64,000 bases of DNA from a virus (Duplodnaviria > Caudoviricetes): the IMG/VR virus record IMGVR_UViG_3300037455_000448, positions 32,001 to 96,000 of that record, one strand, 5' to 3'. The position numbers and the translations under genes were made by a program. The notes under the pieces are model-generated. The model did no database searches, was not told where the DNA came from, and saw only the letters and a list, made by a program, of their open reading frames with translations. Below are positions 17,786 to 29,171 of this stretch, piece by piece. Numbering within the stretch: the first letter of the stretch is position 1; every line of letters begins with the position of its first letter.

Positions 17786-19796
17786 TATGGAACTTCCATA
17801 TGACAAAGATTTTTATAAAGACTATGGTATTTATGTCAAACCTGTCAACTATCCTTTATCCCAAAGAAAAATAGAATCTTTGTTAGAGATAGCAAAGATG
17901 CAAAAGTATTTTCAATGTAATCCGGTTCAATGGATTGATACCATGTACAACATTGAACTAATTGATTCTCAGGCTTTGATGGTAGAAAGATCATGGATAT
18001 GCCCACACTTTCTTGCTGTATGTACAAGAGGATTGGGAAAGACTACAATCATAGACCTTGAGTTGATGGCGAAAGATTCTCTGTTCTGTAATTACTGGGC
18101 CTATATAGCTTCAGGAACTGGCTCACAAGCAGAAAATACTTTTGTTGTATTAGAAAAACTTGCTAATGATAATATAGATACTTTTGAAGGTTCTACAGGA
18201 AAACTTTTTAAAGACGAAGTTATTGTAAAGGCTGCGTCAGGTGATGGATTCTCTCATAATCCTGGTGGATTTAATTATGAATTGTATAATGGTTCTCAGA
18301 CTACAACATTAAATTCTAATGTAGATAGTCGAAGGGGATATAGAGGCTCTGTAATATTTGATGAGTCTGGCTTTTTATCAGATGAGATGATGAAGGTATA
18401 TGGTGCATTTGCTATTGTAGAAAAAGGCTTTAAGACTGGTAAGGTCGATGGAAAGTCTATTGACCCTATAAGACAAAGAACGTTTGCAACTAATATTCCT
18501 AACCAACTTTTCTATATTTCATCGGCTTCAGATGTTGATACTCCGTTCTATGCATTATACAAAGAGTATTCAAAAAGAATGATTATGGGAGACCCTGACT
18601 ATTATGTTATTCATCTTGATTGTGAGCAGGCCTTTAAACCTACTCTTAGAGGTGAACTGATTGCTCCTCTTCTCTCTCGTTCTACTGTAAAGTCTGAAAT
18701 GAGAACCAACCCTGAAAAAGCACGAAGGGAATACTATTGCATTTTTACCAGTGGTGCTGGTAGCGATGCAATCGTCAAACGTGCTGCTATTATCCGAAAT
18801 GAAGAAGTTCGAGTTCCTATACTTAGTGGGGATGGTAAAAAGAAATATGGTATCTATTATGATCCTGCTCGTCAGAAGGATAACTCATTTATTCTTGTTG
18901 GTGAGTTTTATGAGGAAAAGAATCCTGACGGAACACCTGACCTTAAGTGCAGAATTGTGAATGGTATCAACTTACTTGATGTTGGTAAAAAAATCAAGAG
19001 TCCCATGCAGACGCCTGATCAGATTAAATACTTGAAGAAAGTTATTCTTGATTATAATGCAGGTGCTGACGCTTACGGAAACATAGTAGGTGTTTGGATT
19101 GATGCTGGATCTGGTGGTGGTGGTGTCAATATAGCAGATTTCTTGATGTCAGATTGGGAGGATGAAAAAGGAAATATGCAGCGAGGTCTTATAGATAAAG
19201 AATACTCTGCTGAATATGTAAACAGATTTCCCAATGCAGTAAACAAACTTCATTTAATGAGTCCGTCAAAGTATAAGTCAATGATGTTTGAGTCGCTGAT
19301 AGAAATGATCGGCCAGGATAAGGTTAAGTTTCCATCATCTTATGACAATAAAGGTTATCTTGTTACTTTTGATGTTGATCCTGAACTTCTCAACAAAGAA
19401 AAGAAACGTATCACCGAACAGATAAAGAAAGAACATAAACTTGAGAGTGCGGAGTTAGATAAGGCTGTGAAGGATGAACTGGCCAAAGCTAACACGATTA
19501 AAACAAAGATGATCAAACTTAGTTGGTACGAGGAACTTGCACTGACTAATATTGATGCATTAAAGGAAGAATTGGTTAATATTGCCCGGAAGAAACGTGA
19601 TAATGGGCATGATTCATTTGACCTTATTCCTGAAAAAGCGCATATCTTAAATGATGATCGTGCTTATACGTGCGCAATGCTCGGTTATAGTTTATCAGAA
19701 GAACGTAGAAAACTTATCTTGGATGTTAAGCCTGATAACACTGACCTATTAGCATTACTAAGATCACAGATACATCCAGCAAAACATAAAACTTAA
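17757..19796 (+). CDS. terminase large subunit
   Basis: Walker A TRGLGKT, Walker B VIFDESG, ISSA coupling motif, nuclease YDPAR and DDRAY. Confidence 0.9.
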   Translation: MNQNLMMPIDMELPYDKDFYKDYGIYVKPVNYPLSQRKIESLLEIAKMQKYFQCNPVQWIDTMYNIELIDSQALMVERSWICPHFLAVCTRGLGKTTIIDLELMAKDSLFCNYWAYIASGTGSQAENTFVVLEKLANDNIDTFEGSTGKLFKDEVIVKAASGDGFSHNPGGFNYELYNGSQTTTLNSNVDSRRGYRGSVIFDESGFLSDEMMKVYGAFAIVEKGFKTGKVDGKSIDPIRQRTFATNIPNQLFYISSASDVDTPFYALYKEYSKRMIMGDPDYYVIHLDCEQAFKPTLRGELIAPLLSRSTVKSEMRTNPEKARREYYCIFTSGAGSDAIVKRAAIIRNEEVRVPILSGDGKKKYGIYYDPARQKDNSFILVGEFYEEKNPDGTPDLKCRIVNGINLLDVGKKIKSPMQTPDQIKYLKKVILDYNAGADAYGNIVGVWIDAGSGGGGVNIADFLMSDWEDEKGNMQRGLIDKEYSAEYVNRFPNAVNKLHLMSPSKYKSMMFESLIEMIGQDKVKFPSSYDNKGYLVTFDVDPELLNKEKKRITEQIKKEHKLESAELDKAVKDELAKANTIKTKMIKLSWYEELALTNIDALKEELVNIARKKRDNGHDSFDLIPEKAHILNDDRAYTCAMLGYSLSEERRKLILDVKPDNTDLLALLRSQIHPAKHKT

Positions 19797-19816
19797 AAAG
19801 AAAGGAGTGCTGTTTT

Positions 19817-21355
19817 ATGGAGCAAAAAGAAACGAGTACGAACAGTACTCCTTCTGTTCAGGAATACAGAGAAAGATATGCTCTTGAACAGGAACGCTTT
19901 CAGGAAGTATTTAAACAGACTACTGATGCTTTAAGACAATTAAAAGATCCTAATAACAGTTGTAATAAGAAAAGTGTAAGTAAATATACGCGAGAAGCAA
20001 TACGCCAATATCTGCAGACTCCCGCTAATAACTCTATAAACATGCGGAGAGCGTCAAGGTACTATTACTACGCATCTCAAGTATATAGACGGCTGATCGA
20101 TTTTTACACTGGAATGTGGCAGCTTCAATGTAGACAAGTCATTCCACCATATTCATTGGTAAAAGAAATGAATCCGGAAGAAACAAAGAAAATATATGAA
20201 AACACAATAAATCAGTTAGAGTTATATGATGTTCAGAATAACTTTTATGAGGTAGCTCAGAAAGCTTATCTTGAAGATGTTGTGTTTACAGTTTTTGTAC
20301 GAGATAAGACTGGTTCATTCTTTTATATTTTGGATCCTGATGACTGTGTTATTGATTCTCAATACATGGAAGGCGGCTATGGTTTCTCTATAAAAGCTGT
20401 TAACTATACTAAAGGTGCGAAAGGTAGATTAGCTGAATGGTTTGGTGAACCTTTCACCAGTATCATAGCTGAGTATAACGAAACAAAAGAAGCATACATC
20501 CATGTGGATGATCATTATGCTGCAGCATTTAAATTTGATACATCTGATCTTTTAACTCCAGTTGTACCGTTTTCAGGTATTTTGCAGGAACTTGCAACAC
20601 TTGGAGATATTGAAGATAATCAGGCGCTATTAGATTCCGATGCTGTTTATAAATTGCTTGCAGTACCACTTGAAACCTTGACTAGTGCTACAGGAAGTGA
20701 TCAGTTCAAAGTATCTCCTGCCATAATGGTTGAGTATCTGAACGTATTAAATCAACTGTTGCCAGTGTATACAGCCAGCGCACTGATTCCTGGAGGATTA
20801 ACCAATGATAACGTGATTGACTTCTCTTCCACTTCGGCTGATCAAGACGTTGACCGTATTGAGAATAACCAAAAGAATCTTCTTAATACATCTGGTGGTG
20901 GCGTGTTGTTAGGAAGTAATAATGTCAAGTTGTCAGCTGAATTTTTAGCATGGTTAAAAATGGAATCGCAGTTTGCTATTGGAAGTCTTATGCCGCAGAT
21001 AGAGGGCCATATCAATAGGTTCCTAAGCTATGATGTTAAAGGAGAAAGGTGTAAGGTACGTTTCTTCGGTGTAACCATTTATACAAAAGATGAACTTGCC
21101 GCTTCTCTTCTAACAAGTTGCCAGTATTCGTTCAGCAACAGATTGGCATACAATACATTCCTTGGTATCTCAGAGAAGTCTACACTTGCAATGGAATATT
21201 TGGAGAATAATGTTCTTGGACTTCCTAATATGATGACTCATCCGCTACAGTCAAGTTATACAACTGCTGGTAATAACAATACTGGTGGAAGACCTGAAAC
21301 ACCAGACGAGGAACTTTCTCCATCAGGAGAACGTTCCAGAAATCTATATGGGTAA
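19817..21355 (+). CDS. portal protein
   Basis: 512 aa directly after TerL; C-terminal PLQSSYT..GGRP typical of SPbeta-like portals. Confidence 0.8.
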   Translation: MEQKETSTNSTPSVQEYRERYALEQERFQEVFKQTTDALRQLKDPNNSCNKKSVSKYTREAIRQYLQTPANNSINMRRASRYYYYASQVYRRLIDFYTGMWQLQCRQVIPPYSLVKEMNPEETKKIYENTINQLELYDVQNNFYEVAQKAYLEDVVFTVFVRDKTGSFFYILDPDDCVIDSQYMEGGYGFSIKAVNYTKGAKGRLAEWFGEPFTSIIAEYNETKEAYIHVDDHYAAAFKFDTSDLLTPVVPFSGILQELATLGDIEDNQALLDSDAVYKLLAVPLETLTSATGSDQFKVSPAIMVEYLNVLNQLLPVYTASALIPGGLTNDNVIDFSSTSADQDVDRIENNQKNLLNTSGGGVLLGSNNVKLSAEFLAWLKMESQFAIGSLMPQIEGHINRFLSYDVKGERCKVRFFGVTIYTKDELAASLLTSCQYSFSNRLAYNTFLGISEKSTLAMEYLENNVLGLPNMMTHPLQSSYTTAGNNNTGGRPETPDEELSPSGERSRNLYG

Positions 21356-21412
21356 CTTTAAATGAGAGTATAAGCTCTCTTTTTTTAATTTCAAGAAGGG
21401 AGGACTATATCC

Positions 21413-21643
21413 ATGAGCTACTGGATAAATCATAACCTTAGCTATCTCCCAGCAAAGCAGATTGCGTTTGAGTGTGATGATGAATCAGATATATCTACAT
21501 TACCTACAGAAACGACACCTGGCGTTCAACAGGGAGATGATACCACATCATGTCAGCCAGTTAAAAGAGGCAGTTCATGTTTGTGTATAGGAACAAGTGA
21601 TTATTACAAGCTAAATTCTTTGAATCAATGGAAACCGATTTAA
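21413..21643 (+). CDS. small virion-associated protein
   Basis: 76 aa; FECDDESDISTLPT..GSSCLCI..YYKL..W. Confidence 0.6.
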   Translation: MSYWINHNLSYLPAKQIAFECDDESDISTLPTETTPGVQQGDDTTSCQPVKRGSSCLCIGTSDYYKLNSLNQWKPI

Positions 21644-21667
21644 TCCCAGAGGAAAGGAGACAATCTT

Positions 21668-22186
21668 ATGTTAGCTGAAGAAGCTTATGCCCTTTCCAAA
21701 AATTTTACCAAAAAAACAGTCATTGGTCTTGGTGCCATAAAAGGTGCTAACTGTACCATAAAGTCTACTGAGCATGTTGATGGCCAGACAATTGTAATAT
21801 TTGAATGGACATCTACAGATGGTTCAGAGACTAAGCAAACTACTGAAATCCGTGTTAATGATGGAACCCCCATTTATGTGTATGAACCAGGGCATCATTA
21901 CTTGTACGGAGATCTTGTAATCTATGAGGCTCAGTGGTTTAGATGTACAACAGAGCATACTGCTGGTGAAGCACTTGATCCAACGAAGTTTGAAGAAATA
22001 GGTTCACCGGATGGTAACTTTGATATTGTAGCTTCTTCAGAGGATCTTCCACCACGTTTCACTTCGGCTGATCGTAAAATGTACTACAGTATAGCAGATA
22101 CTGCTTTTTGGTTATGGAATGGGACTGAATGGGAATTGCAAGAAAGGTCTATTACTAACGATGAAATAGATGCTTTATTTGCATAG
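21668..22186 (+). CDS. fibre/decoration protein with CBM5/12-like module
   Basis: YEPGHHYLYGDLVIYEAQWFRCTTEHT; ends ITNDEIDALFA. Confidence 0.6.
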   Translation: MLAEEAYALSKNFTKKTVIGLGAIKGANCTIKSTEHVDGQTIVIFEWTSTDGSETKQTTEIRVNDGTPIYVYEPGHHYLYGDLVIYEAQWFRCTTEHTAGEALDPTKFEEIGSPDGNFDIVASSEDLPPRFTSADRKMYYSIADTAFWLWNGTEWELQERSITNDEIDALFA

Positions 22187-22235
22187 GATAAAAAGGGGTA
22201 CATAAACAGATTAAAAAAGAAAGGAAAATAAAATC

Positions 22236-23408
22236 ATGGCAACAAAGAAATATCTTGATTATGAAGGTTTGCAGCGAGTAGTTGAAAATATTGACAGAAA
22301 ATATGCTCCTATTGCCGCTCTGCTTTTTAAAGGTTCAGTTGAAGATGTAACTCATCTCCCTGCAGTTTCAGGACAGAAAGCTGGTTGGATGTATAACGTT
22401 CAGCTTGGCGGAGAGACAACAGTAGACTTCGTTGAGGGTGCTGGCCATCTTGTTTCTGATGGTGAGAATGTTGCAGCTGTAGAGATTCTTACAGGTATAT
22501 ATACAGCAGTTCCTACTGTTACTGTTAATGATGATCCTAAAGCTCATGGTTGGTATGAAGTTGATGGAACTCCATCTGCTGTTACTCCATCTGGTGATGA
22601 GAATCCTTCAGAGGAATTGTGGTATGAGAAGAACGGTAACATCTATGTTATCACATCTGATACTACTGTAGAAGGCTCAAAGACATATTATGAAGTTGTA
22701 TTCAATATTTCTCAGGACAGAATTGCTGACGTAGCAAAGGGCTACTACACAGCTGATACAGTAATGAAGTGGGATCTTCTTGGTGGAGTATTCGATCTTG
22801 AGGATAGATACCTTGAGTTTGGTGCCGAGTTCCCATTGGTAGTAAGAGAAGGCAGAACATTCCTTTACATGGGTAATGATACTAAGGTTTATACATTAGT
22901 AGCTACTCCTGAAGGAAGACCAAGTGAGAATGGATACTTTGAGGGTGTATTCGATGAAGTAGATGATCCTACACTCATCATCAATCCTAAGCAGGAAGAC
23001 CTCTATGAAGAGCTTGCAACAGCTAAGTACGTTGAGGTAACTCCTGTAGCTAACCCTAAAGAAGAGGGCCTTTATGAGGAAGATTCTTTAGCGCCCGGAA
23101 CTTATGTCCCAACTGAGGATGAAACTATTGAAGCTGGTAAGACATATTACGAGAAGGTATCTGCTTACGTATTGAGTTCAGATGTTGAGTATGATGACTC
23201 AAAGACATACTACGAGGGTGTGTTCACTGCTTCTGAAGATTCAACTGTAGATGCTGATAAGTTCTATTACACAGAAGCTGACCAGTATAAGAAGGCTGTA
23301 ATTTATAAGTATAGTGAGGCTGAAGAAGACTGGGTAGCTCAGTCAAGCAGCGGCTCTGGTGATATGGTTCCTATCACAAACTCAGAGATTGATGATCTCT
23401 TTATTTAA
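22236..23408 (+). CDS. acidic repeat-rich fibre/decoration protein
   Basis: Starts KKYLDYEGL; several NP.E...YE..Y..T.D......KTYYE repeats; ends ITNSEIDDLFI. Confidence 0.65.
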   Translation: MATKKYLDYEGLQRVVENIDRKYAPIAALLFKGSVEDVTHLPAVSGQKAGWMYNVQLGGETTVDFVEGAGHLVSDGENVAAVEILTGIYTAVPTVTVNDDPKAHGWYEVDGTPSAVTPSGDENPSEELWYEKNGNIYVITSDTTVEGSKTYYEVVFNISQDRIADVAKGYYTADTVMKWDLLGGVFDLEDRYLEFGAEFPLVVREGRTFLYMGNDTKVYTLVATPEGRPSENGYFEGVFDEVDDPTLIINPKQEDLYEELATAKYVEVTPVANPKEEGLYEEDSLAPGTYVPTEDETIEAGKTYYEKVSAYVLSSDVEYDDSKTYYEGVFTASEDSTVDADKFYYTEADQYKKAVIYKYSEAEEDWVAQSSSGSGDMVPITNSEIDDLFI

Positions 23409-23554
23409 TTTATATAAGCGTTTTCTGTGGGAATACTCAGTCCTTAACGGACAGTATATGTGACTTCTTTTGGCGAGGTAGGTGTCACAGCTTACCTCGC
23501 TATTTCTATGCCCAAAGAAGGGCTAATTATTTTTTTAAGAAGGGAGAAAAAACG

Positions 23555-25177
23555 ATGGCAGTGAAGAAATACTTAGATAAAACTGGCGTTGAACACATTG
23601 CCGATTACGTCAATAGGAAGCTTACGGTAGTTTCTTCTATGCCGTCCTCTCCTGTAGACGGACAGACCGTTCTATATATTGGAGAAACTACTGAAACCTT
23701 TATCCAAGGTGGAATTTATTCGTATGATGATACAAGTAGTAAATGGGTTTTAATATCATCGGTTGATGTAGACCTTACAAATTACGAAACATCATGGACA
23801 GGAACTGGTGATGAGTGGAATGCACTCTCCGCTGAAGAACAAGCTAAATACGAAATTGTAAACATCACTGATGACTTTGTTGAAAGTAGTGAAGTTGATG
23901 GAGTTGTTGCTGGTTATTACTATGATGGAAAATTCTATGAAGATCAGAGCCATACAACAGAAATGGCCGGACTCATAGGATATATCTATATAGACCTTAC
24001 AGAGGATAAACTCTATCTGTATGACGGAACAAACTTCGTACTTAACTCAGCTGATGTTGATTTGGAAGACTACGAAACATCATGGACAGGTACGCAGGCT
24101 GAGTGGACCGCACTCTCTCCTACTGAACAGGCTAAATACGAAATAGTAAATTTCACAGATGATTATGAAGAAACAGGATTTATTATTCGTGGATATTACT
24201 ATGATGGTAAGTTTTATGAAGAATCAACTCATACTACGGAAATAACTCCTGATACAGAAGCATTATATGTCTCCATAGACACATGGAACATATACTTATA
24301 TGACGTTGTATCGTCTGATTATGTTGTCGTTGGTGGTGGAAATGAAAATCCTGAATTCACAGGAACGCAGGCTGAATGGGATGCACTTACTACAGAACAG
24401 AAAGCAGTCTTTGATTTCATAAACATTACTGATGACGTAAGCCCTGTGTCTTATAAGCCAGGCCATAGTATTTCCGATGGAACCGCAGAAAAGACACAGC
24501 GTGATGTGCTTGTTTTTGAAGGTTTTACTGTAACTGATGACTCTACAAATGAAGTTACAAAAGTTGCTGAGGTTCCGTATACAGCTGGTGATGGTGTTGA
24601 CATTACTGACAAGGAAATATCTTTAACAGATGAAATCAGTCGTACATGGACAGGAACAAAGGCTGAATGGAATGCCATTGTTGATAAGTCGGTCTATGAT
24701 GGTTGGATTGTAAATATCACTGATGATACAGCAGTTGGTTCTGGCCCTGTAGTAGATGTTGTTGAAGATGGTAATTTAAACGCTGTTACATCGAATGCTG
24801 TTTATGACATAACTAACAATCCATACCCAAGAGGATATGTTGAAGTTGTGGCAAATAACGAGACCTATAGTAGTTTGTTAGGAAGGCTGTATGCGCTTGT
24901 TGATAAAACTAAAGTTTCATGCCAAAGCAAACTTATTCATATGTATACCACTGGATCTATTGAAACTATGACTTTAAGAGACATCAATGCTACTTATCTA
25001 AGATTTTATTCGGTAGCTCCAGTAAGCGGTAATAGTGGTATGACATTGTATATAGCAGTTCCAGCATCATCAAATTCAAATGGTTACCATTTAATGATAA
25101 ATGCTTCGGGTGCAGCTGTTACTGATGACTCAAGTGTAATCATTAACGATGGACGTACATTGAGATTAGTTTACTAA
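23555..25177 (+). CDS. fibre-like protein with four (W/F)TGT.(A/D)EW.A...NITDD-type repeats
   Basis: Repeats visible in the protein; GYYYDGKFYE duplicated. Confidence 0.7.
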   Translation: MAVKKYLDKTGVEHIADYVNRKLTVVSSMPSSPVDGQTVLYIGETTETFIQGGIYSYDDTSSKWVLISSVDVDLTNYETSWTGTGDEWNALSAEEQAKYEIVNITDDFVESSEVDGVVAGYYYDGKFYEDQSHTTEMAGLIGYIYIDLTEDKLYLYDGTNFVLNSADVDLEDYETSWTGTQAEWTALSPTEQAKYEIVNFTDDYEETGFIIRGYYYDGKFYEESTHTTEITPDTEALYVSIDTWNIYLYDVVSSDYVVVGGGNENPEFTGTQAEWDALTTEQKAVFDFINITDDVSPVSYKPGHSISDGTAEKTQRDVLVFEGFTVTDDSTNEVTKVAEVPYTAGDGVDITDKEISLTDEISRTWTGTKAEWNAIVDKSVYDGWIVNITDDTAVGSGPVVDVVEDGNLNAVTSNAVYDITNNPYPRGYVEVVANNETYSSLLGRLYALVDKTKVSCQSKLIHMYTTGSIETMTLRDINATYLRFYSVAPVSGNSGMTLYIAVPASSNSNGYHLMINASGAAVTDDSSVIINDGRTLRLVY

Positions 25178-25193
25178 TAAAGGAGGATAAAAC

Positions 25194-27131
25194 ATGTCAA
25201 TTAAATACTATGACAAGTCAGGTGTTACGCCTCAAGAGATCCTCCTTGCGGGGAACTCAAATACAGACTTAATTTTAAATGCAACAAGTAAGAATGCAAT
25301 AGCTAACAAGACAGTTTATGCAGCACTTCAGGATAAAGTAGAAAAGGCAGTTAATGACCTTGTTTACTACTACACCAAGAGTGATGTATATAACAAGGCC
25401 GAAACACGAGCACTGCTCTCTACTATTTCTACAATGGATATCAGAGTAGTCAACTCTCTTCCGGTTTCTGATATCAGTACTACTACTATCTACTTTCTTA
25501 AGCCAACTGGAAGTCAGAATTATGATGAGTATGTGTATGTTGATAATGCTTGGGTAAAAATTGGTGATACAGGAATTGACCTTAGTCAATATCTTGAGAT
25601 TGCTGATTTTGAGACTGCCATTGCTGATTACTATGATAAAGATGAAATTGATGCAATGATAGCAAGCTACTACACTAAGACTCAGGTTGATAATCTTATT
25701 GGGCCTATTGAAGAAGTTATTCCTAGCGGAGCAAGTTCAAGTAATAAACTTGCTACTGCTAGTGATGTGGCTGCTAAGCAGGATGCATTAACTTTTGATA
25801 ATGTGCCTACAGAGAATAGCAATAACCCTGTTAAATCAGGTGGTGTGTATAGTGCTTTGCACAATATCAATGTAGAAGCTACTAATGAGAATTTACTTGA
25901 TAATGCATGGTTTACCGTAAATCAGCGTGATTTTAATGACACCTCAGGTGGTGGTACTGATTCTTATCGTTTTGACAGATGGCATGGAACATATAGTTAT
26001 GATGCTACTAATAAACTCCCTGCTTTTACTGGAGTTCAATACGCCATTCAGCACTTGAATCCTGAGTTGAAAGATTTCCTAGACGATAAGGTTCTTACAG
26101 TATCAATATTGTATAGTGATGATACGCTCGAGACTGGTTCTATTACTTATAAAAAACAGCCAAGTAATTGGATTACGGTAAGTACAATCAGTAAAGTTTA
26201 TGCTCAGATTGGATATAATGCTACTGCTTCCAATCCTTTAAATGGTGCTTTTTGTATTACGGATAGAAACAATGAACTTTCAATTAAAGCTGTGAAACTT
26301 GAAGTGGGAGCAGTATCTACATTACTAAGTGAAATTCCTCCTGAATATGAATCAGAGCTCGCTAAATGTAAAACAAGCATTGCTGATATTGCTAATGATA
26401 AATATACTAATCAAGGCGGATATTTCTTAACAAAGGATAATTCTATTCTTGGAGCAAGAAATCTTTTGCCTAACAGTAAAATTACTACTACAGTTGGTGG
26501 AGTTACTTACACTGCGCAACCTGATGGAAGCTATATAGTAACAGGAGCAACTTCTTCTGATTCACCTAGCTACAGTGATGTTATTTCAAGCTTTATTTTA
26601 GCTGCGGGAACATATATTTTATCTTCTCCAAATACAGAAATTACTAGCGATATTGAATTTGTACTTGACAATATCACCTCAGGAACTGCGGTACGTGTAG
26701 CAACATTGTATAATTCAACTGCTGTTACATTCACTCTTGCTTCTGATGCAATATTACATTGCTATATGTGGATAAATAAGAGTATCACATTGCCTGTTGG
26801 CGGAGTACATTTTTATCCTATGATAAAATTAGCCACTGATATGGATGATACTTATTCTCCTTATACTATGACCAATAGGGAGCTAACAGATCTAGTCACG
26901 TATCAAGATGTAACTCTTACAACCAATTCTTCGGGACGTGCAGAATTAACAGCTGATTACTATAAGAGAAACATTATAAGCGCTGTGTGTTTAGCGCCCG
27001 ATTATTGTGCAATGTCTATAGCTAACTTTAATGGTTATGGCAACAGGCTGTTCTATTGTCGAAATATGGCTACGGATACCATTTTAGCTAATACTCAAAT
27101 AACTGTTAGATTATACTATCTTAATAAGTAA
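25194..27131 (+). CDS. fibre/receptor-binding-like protein
   Basis: YYTK repeats, NLLDNAWFTVNQR, AVKLEVG, ARNLL..YSPY carbohydrate-binding-like domains. Confidence 0.7.
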   Translation: MSIKYYDKSGVTPQEILLAGNSNTDLILNATSKNAIANKTVYAALQDKVEKAVNDLVYYYTKSDVYNKAETRALLSTISTMDIRVVNSLPVSDISTTTIYFLKPTGSQNYDEYVYVDNAWVKIGDTGIDLSQYLEIADFETAIADYYDKDEIDAMIASYYTKTQVDNLIGPIEEVIPSGASSSNKLATASDVAAKQDALTFDNVPTENSNNPVKSGGVYSALHNINVEATNENLLDNAWFTVNQRDFNDTSGGGTDSYRFDRWHGTYSYDATNKLPAFTGVQYAIQHLNPELKDFLDDKVLTVSILYSDDTLETGSITYKKQPSNWITVSTISKVYAQIGYNATASNPLNGAFCITDRNNELSIKAVKLEVGAVSTLLSEIPPEYESELAKCKTSIADIANDKYTNQGGYFLTKDNSILGARNLLPNSKITTTVGGVTYTAQPDGSYIVTGATSSDSPSYSDVISSFILAAGTYILSSPNTEITSDIEFVLDNITSGTAVRVATLYNSTAVTFTLASDAILHCYMWINKSITLPVGGVHFYPMIKLATDMDDTYSPYTMTNRELTDLVTYQDVTLTTNSSGRAELTADYYKRNIISAVCLAPDYCAMSIANFNGYGNRLFYCRNMATDTILANTQITVRLYYLNK

Positions 27132-27282
27132 TTTCATTATTTTAAACAAGAGGGAAAGGTTAATAGCCTTCCCCTCTTTCTTTATTTGGATAAATCTCTT
27201 TATCTCCTATACGTGGAGTGGGATAAACATAAGATTTATCCCCTACAAAACTAAACGTGGAAACACGTTAGAAAGGAGATTT

Positions 27283-27795
27283 ATGTCGGTCAATAAATAT
27301 ACAACACAAGGTGGTCTGCAGACTTTAGCTAATGGCTCTCGTTGTTGGATTGGAACAAAAGCTGCATATGAAGCTGCTGTTCAAGCAGGCACAATGGAAA
27401 ATGATATCCTCGTTGCAATTACAGATGATGACGATGAGTATAAGACAAGTACAATAGCACAAAATGATAATAGAGTTATCACTAGTGGTGGAGTTTATGA
27501 TGCTTTGACTATAAGTTCGCTACTTTATACTAATGTAAAATGGGTGTACATGGGTAGTAACACTAATATTGAGTTGCCGAGTGGAACATATCTCATACTT
27601 GCAGTAAAGCCTCAATGGAAGAAACAAGCTATTTTTAGTGTCGATAAGGTTAATGGTATTGCTGAGATAATCAATGTAAATAACTTATCAATAACTAAAA
27701 CAGATACTACAAGTGGTTTCAAGATAACTTTCGGAGATACTTACATGCAGCCAATCATCATGTGTAGAAACAATTTTACATACACATTATCATAA
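27283..27795 (+). CDS. short fibre-like protein
   Basis: WIGTKAAYEA..ITDD and VITSGGVYDAL motifs. Confidence 0.65.
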   Translation: MSVNKYTTQGGLQTLANGSRCWIGTKAAYEAAVQAGTMENDILVAITDDDDEYKTSTIAQNDNRVITSGGVYDALTISSLLYTNVKWVYMGSNTNIELPSGTYLILAVKPQWKKQAIFSVDKVNGIAEIINVNNLSITKTDTTSGFKITFGDTYMQPIIMCRNNFTYTLS

Positions 27796-27813
27796 AGAAA
27801 GGAGACCTAGACT

Positions 27814-29157
27814 ATGAGCTTGAAATACCGAGACCATAATGGGGTCTCCAGAATTATAAGTGGGATTACCCCTGGAGGGGACCTTGAATATGGCGCTGTG
27901 GCTACTAGAAGCGGTACTATTAGCGTTCCTGCTCTTGCAGCAGAAGCAGAGTCTTCTGTAATAGTAGTAACTTTTTCTGATCCAATGCCCGATGCAAATT
28001 ATCTAATTGATTTTAGAAATAGTTCCACCAAAACTAATATTGGTGTTAACTCTAAAACAAAAGATGGTTTTAGGGTGTATGTCAAGAATGTAGCTGCGTC
28101 ATCAGAATATGCTTATTCCATAGACTATACGGCATTTAAAATATACGATGTTGCAGATGCCGAAACACTCTACTCTACTGTTCAAGACATCGAAGCAATG
28201 ATTCCTGCTAGTGCATCAAGCACAAATAAGTTTAGTACAGCTTCTGATCTTCGTACAGAGACAAGAGCCTTAGACAGAAGACTTGATGACGTAGAAGATG
28301 TAGTTCCTGACTCAGCTTCTATCAGTAACAAATTAGTCACACAAGATGATTTAGATAATGCAACTATTGAAGAACTTGGTGATATTGAAGATGTAGACGT
28401 TTCTACTGTTACCGATGGCCAGACAATCATTTGGGATGCTACTAATTCTAAATGGGTAAACGGTCAGGGTGGAAAAACTTATACCGCAGGAGATGGAATC
28501 AACATAAGTAACACAGATGAAATCTCAGCCAAGGTTGACGACACAAGTATCACAACAGATACTAATGATGCGCTTAAGGTAGCTGACACATATAAGACAA
28601 CTTTTGTTGGCACTCAAGCACAGTGGGATGCGCTTAGTACTTCGGACAAAAAGAAATATCAGATTGCTAATATAACAGATGATGTTATTGGTGGTGAAGT
28701 TGCAGATGCTATTACTGATGGTGATGGCAGACCGGTAACAAGTAATGCTGTATATGACTATCCTATTGATAGTATTACAGATGGTCAGCATAGACCACCT
28801 ACAAGTAATGCGGTATTTGATGCACTTGCTCCGCTTAGACAGAATACTAATGGATATTTTGTACTACCTAATGGATTGAAAATTTGTTGGGGTGGAGTTG
28901 GTGGTTATGCTAGTGGCACGACTTCAGGGCCTCGTATAACTAATTACCCAATTACATTTACTGAAAAACCTAGAGTATTCTTCAGTACAAAACAAGGCCA
29001 AAATTCAAGCGAAGTATATGTTTATGATTCAATATATGATTATGCCAATAGCACAACTTCACAGTTAAAGAGTTATCATCATTGGACTGTTCGTGGAGAT
29101 ACTAGTTCAAGAGGTTGGTCTCAGGATGACTATTCATATATTGCAATAGGATATTAA
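27814..29157 (+). CDS. fibre protein with gp53-like C-terminal domain
   Basis: NGYFVLPNGLKICWG..YPITF..AIGY; FVGTQAQWDAL..ITDD. Confidence 0.7.
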   Translation: MSLKYRDHNGVSRIISGITPGGDLEYGAVATRSGTISVPALAAEAESSVIVVTFSDPMPDANYLIDFRNSSTKTNIGVNSKTKDGFRVYVKNVAASSEYAYSIDYTAFKIYDVADAETLYSTVQDIEAMIPASASSTNKFSTASDLRTETRALDRRLDDVEDVVPDSASISNKLVTQDDLDNATIEELGDIEDVDVSTVTDGQTIIWDATNSKWVNGQGGKTYTAGDGINISNTDEISAKVDDTSITTDTNDALKVADTYKTTFVGTQAQWDALSTSDKKKYQIANITDDVIGGEVADAITDGDGRPVTSNAVYDYPIDSITDGQHRPPTSNAVFDALAPLRQNTNGYFVLPNGLKICWGGVGGYASGTTSGPRITNYPITFTEKPRVFFSTKQGQNSSEVYVYDSIYDYANSTTSQLKSYHHWTVRGDTSSRGWSQDDYSYIAIGY

Positions 29158-29171
29158 GAAAGGAGCGAGAT

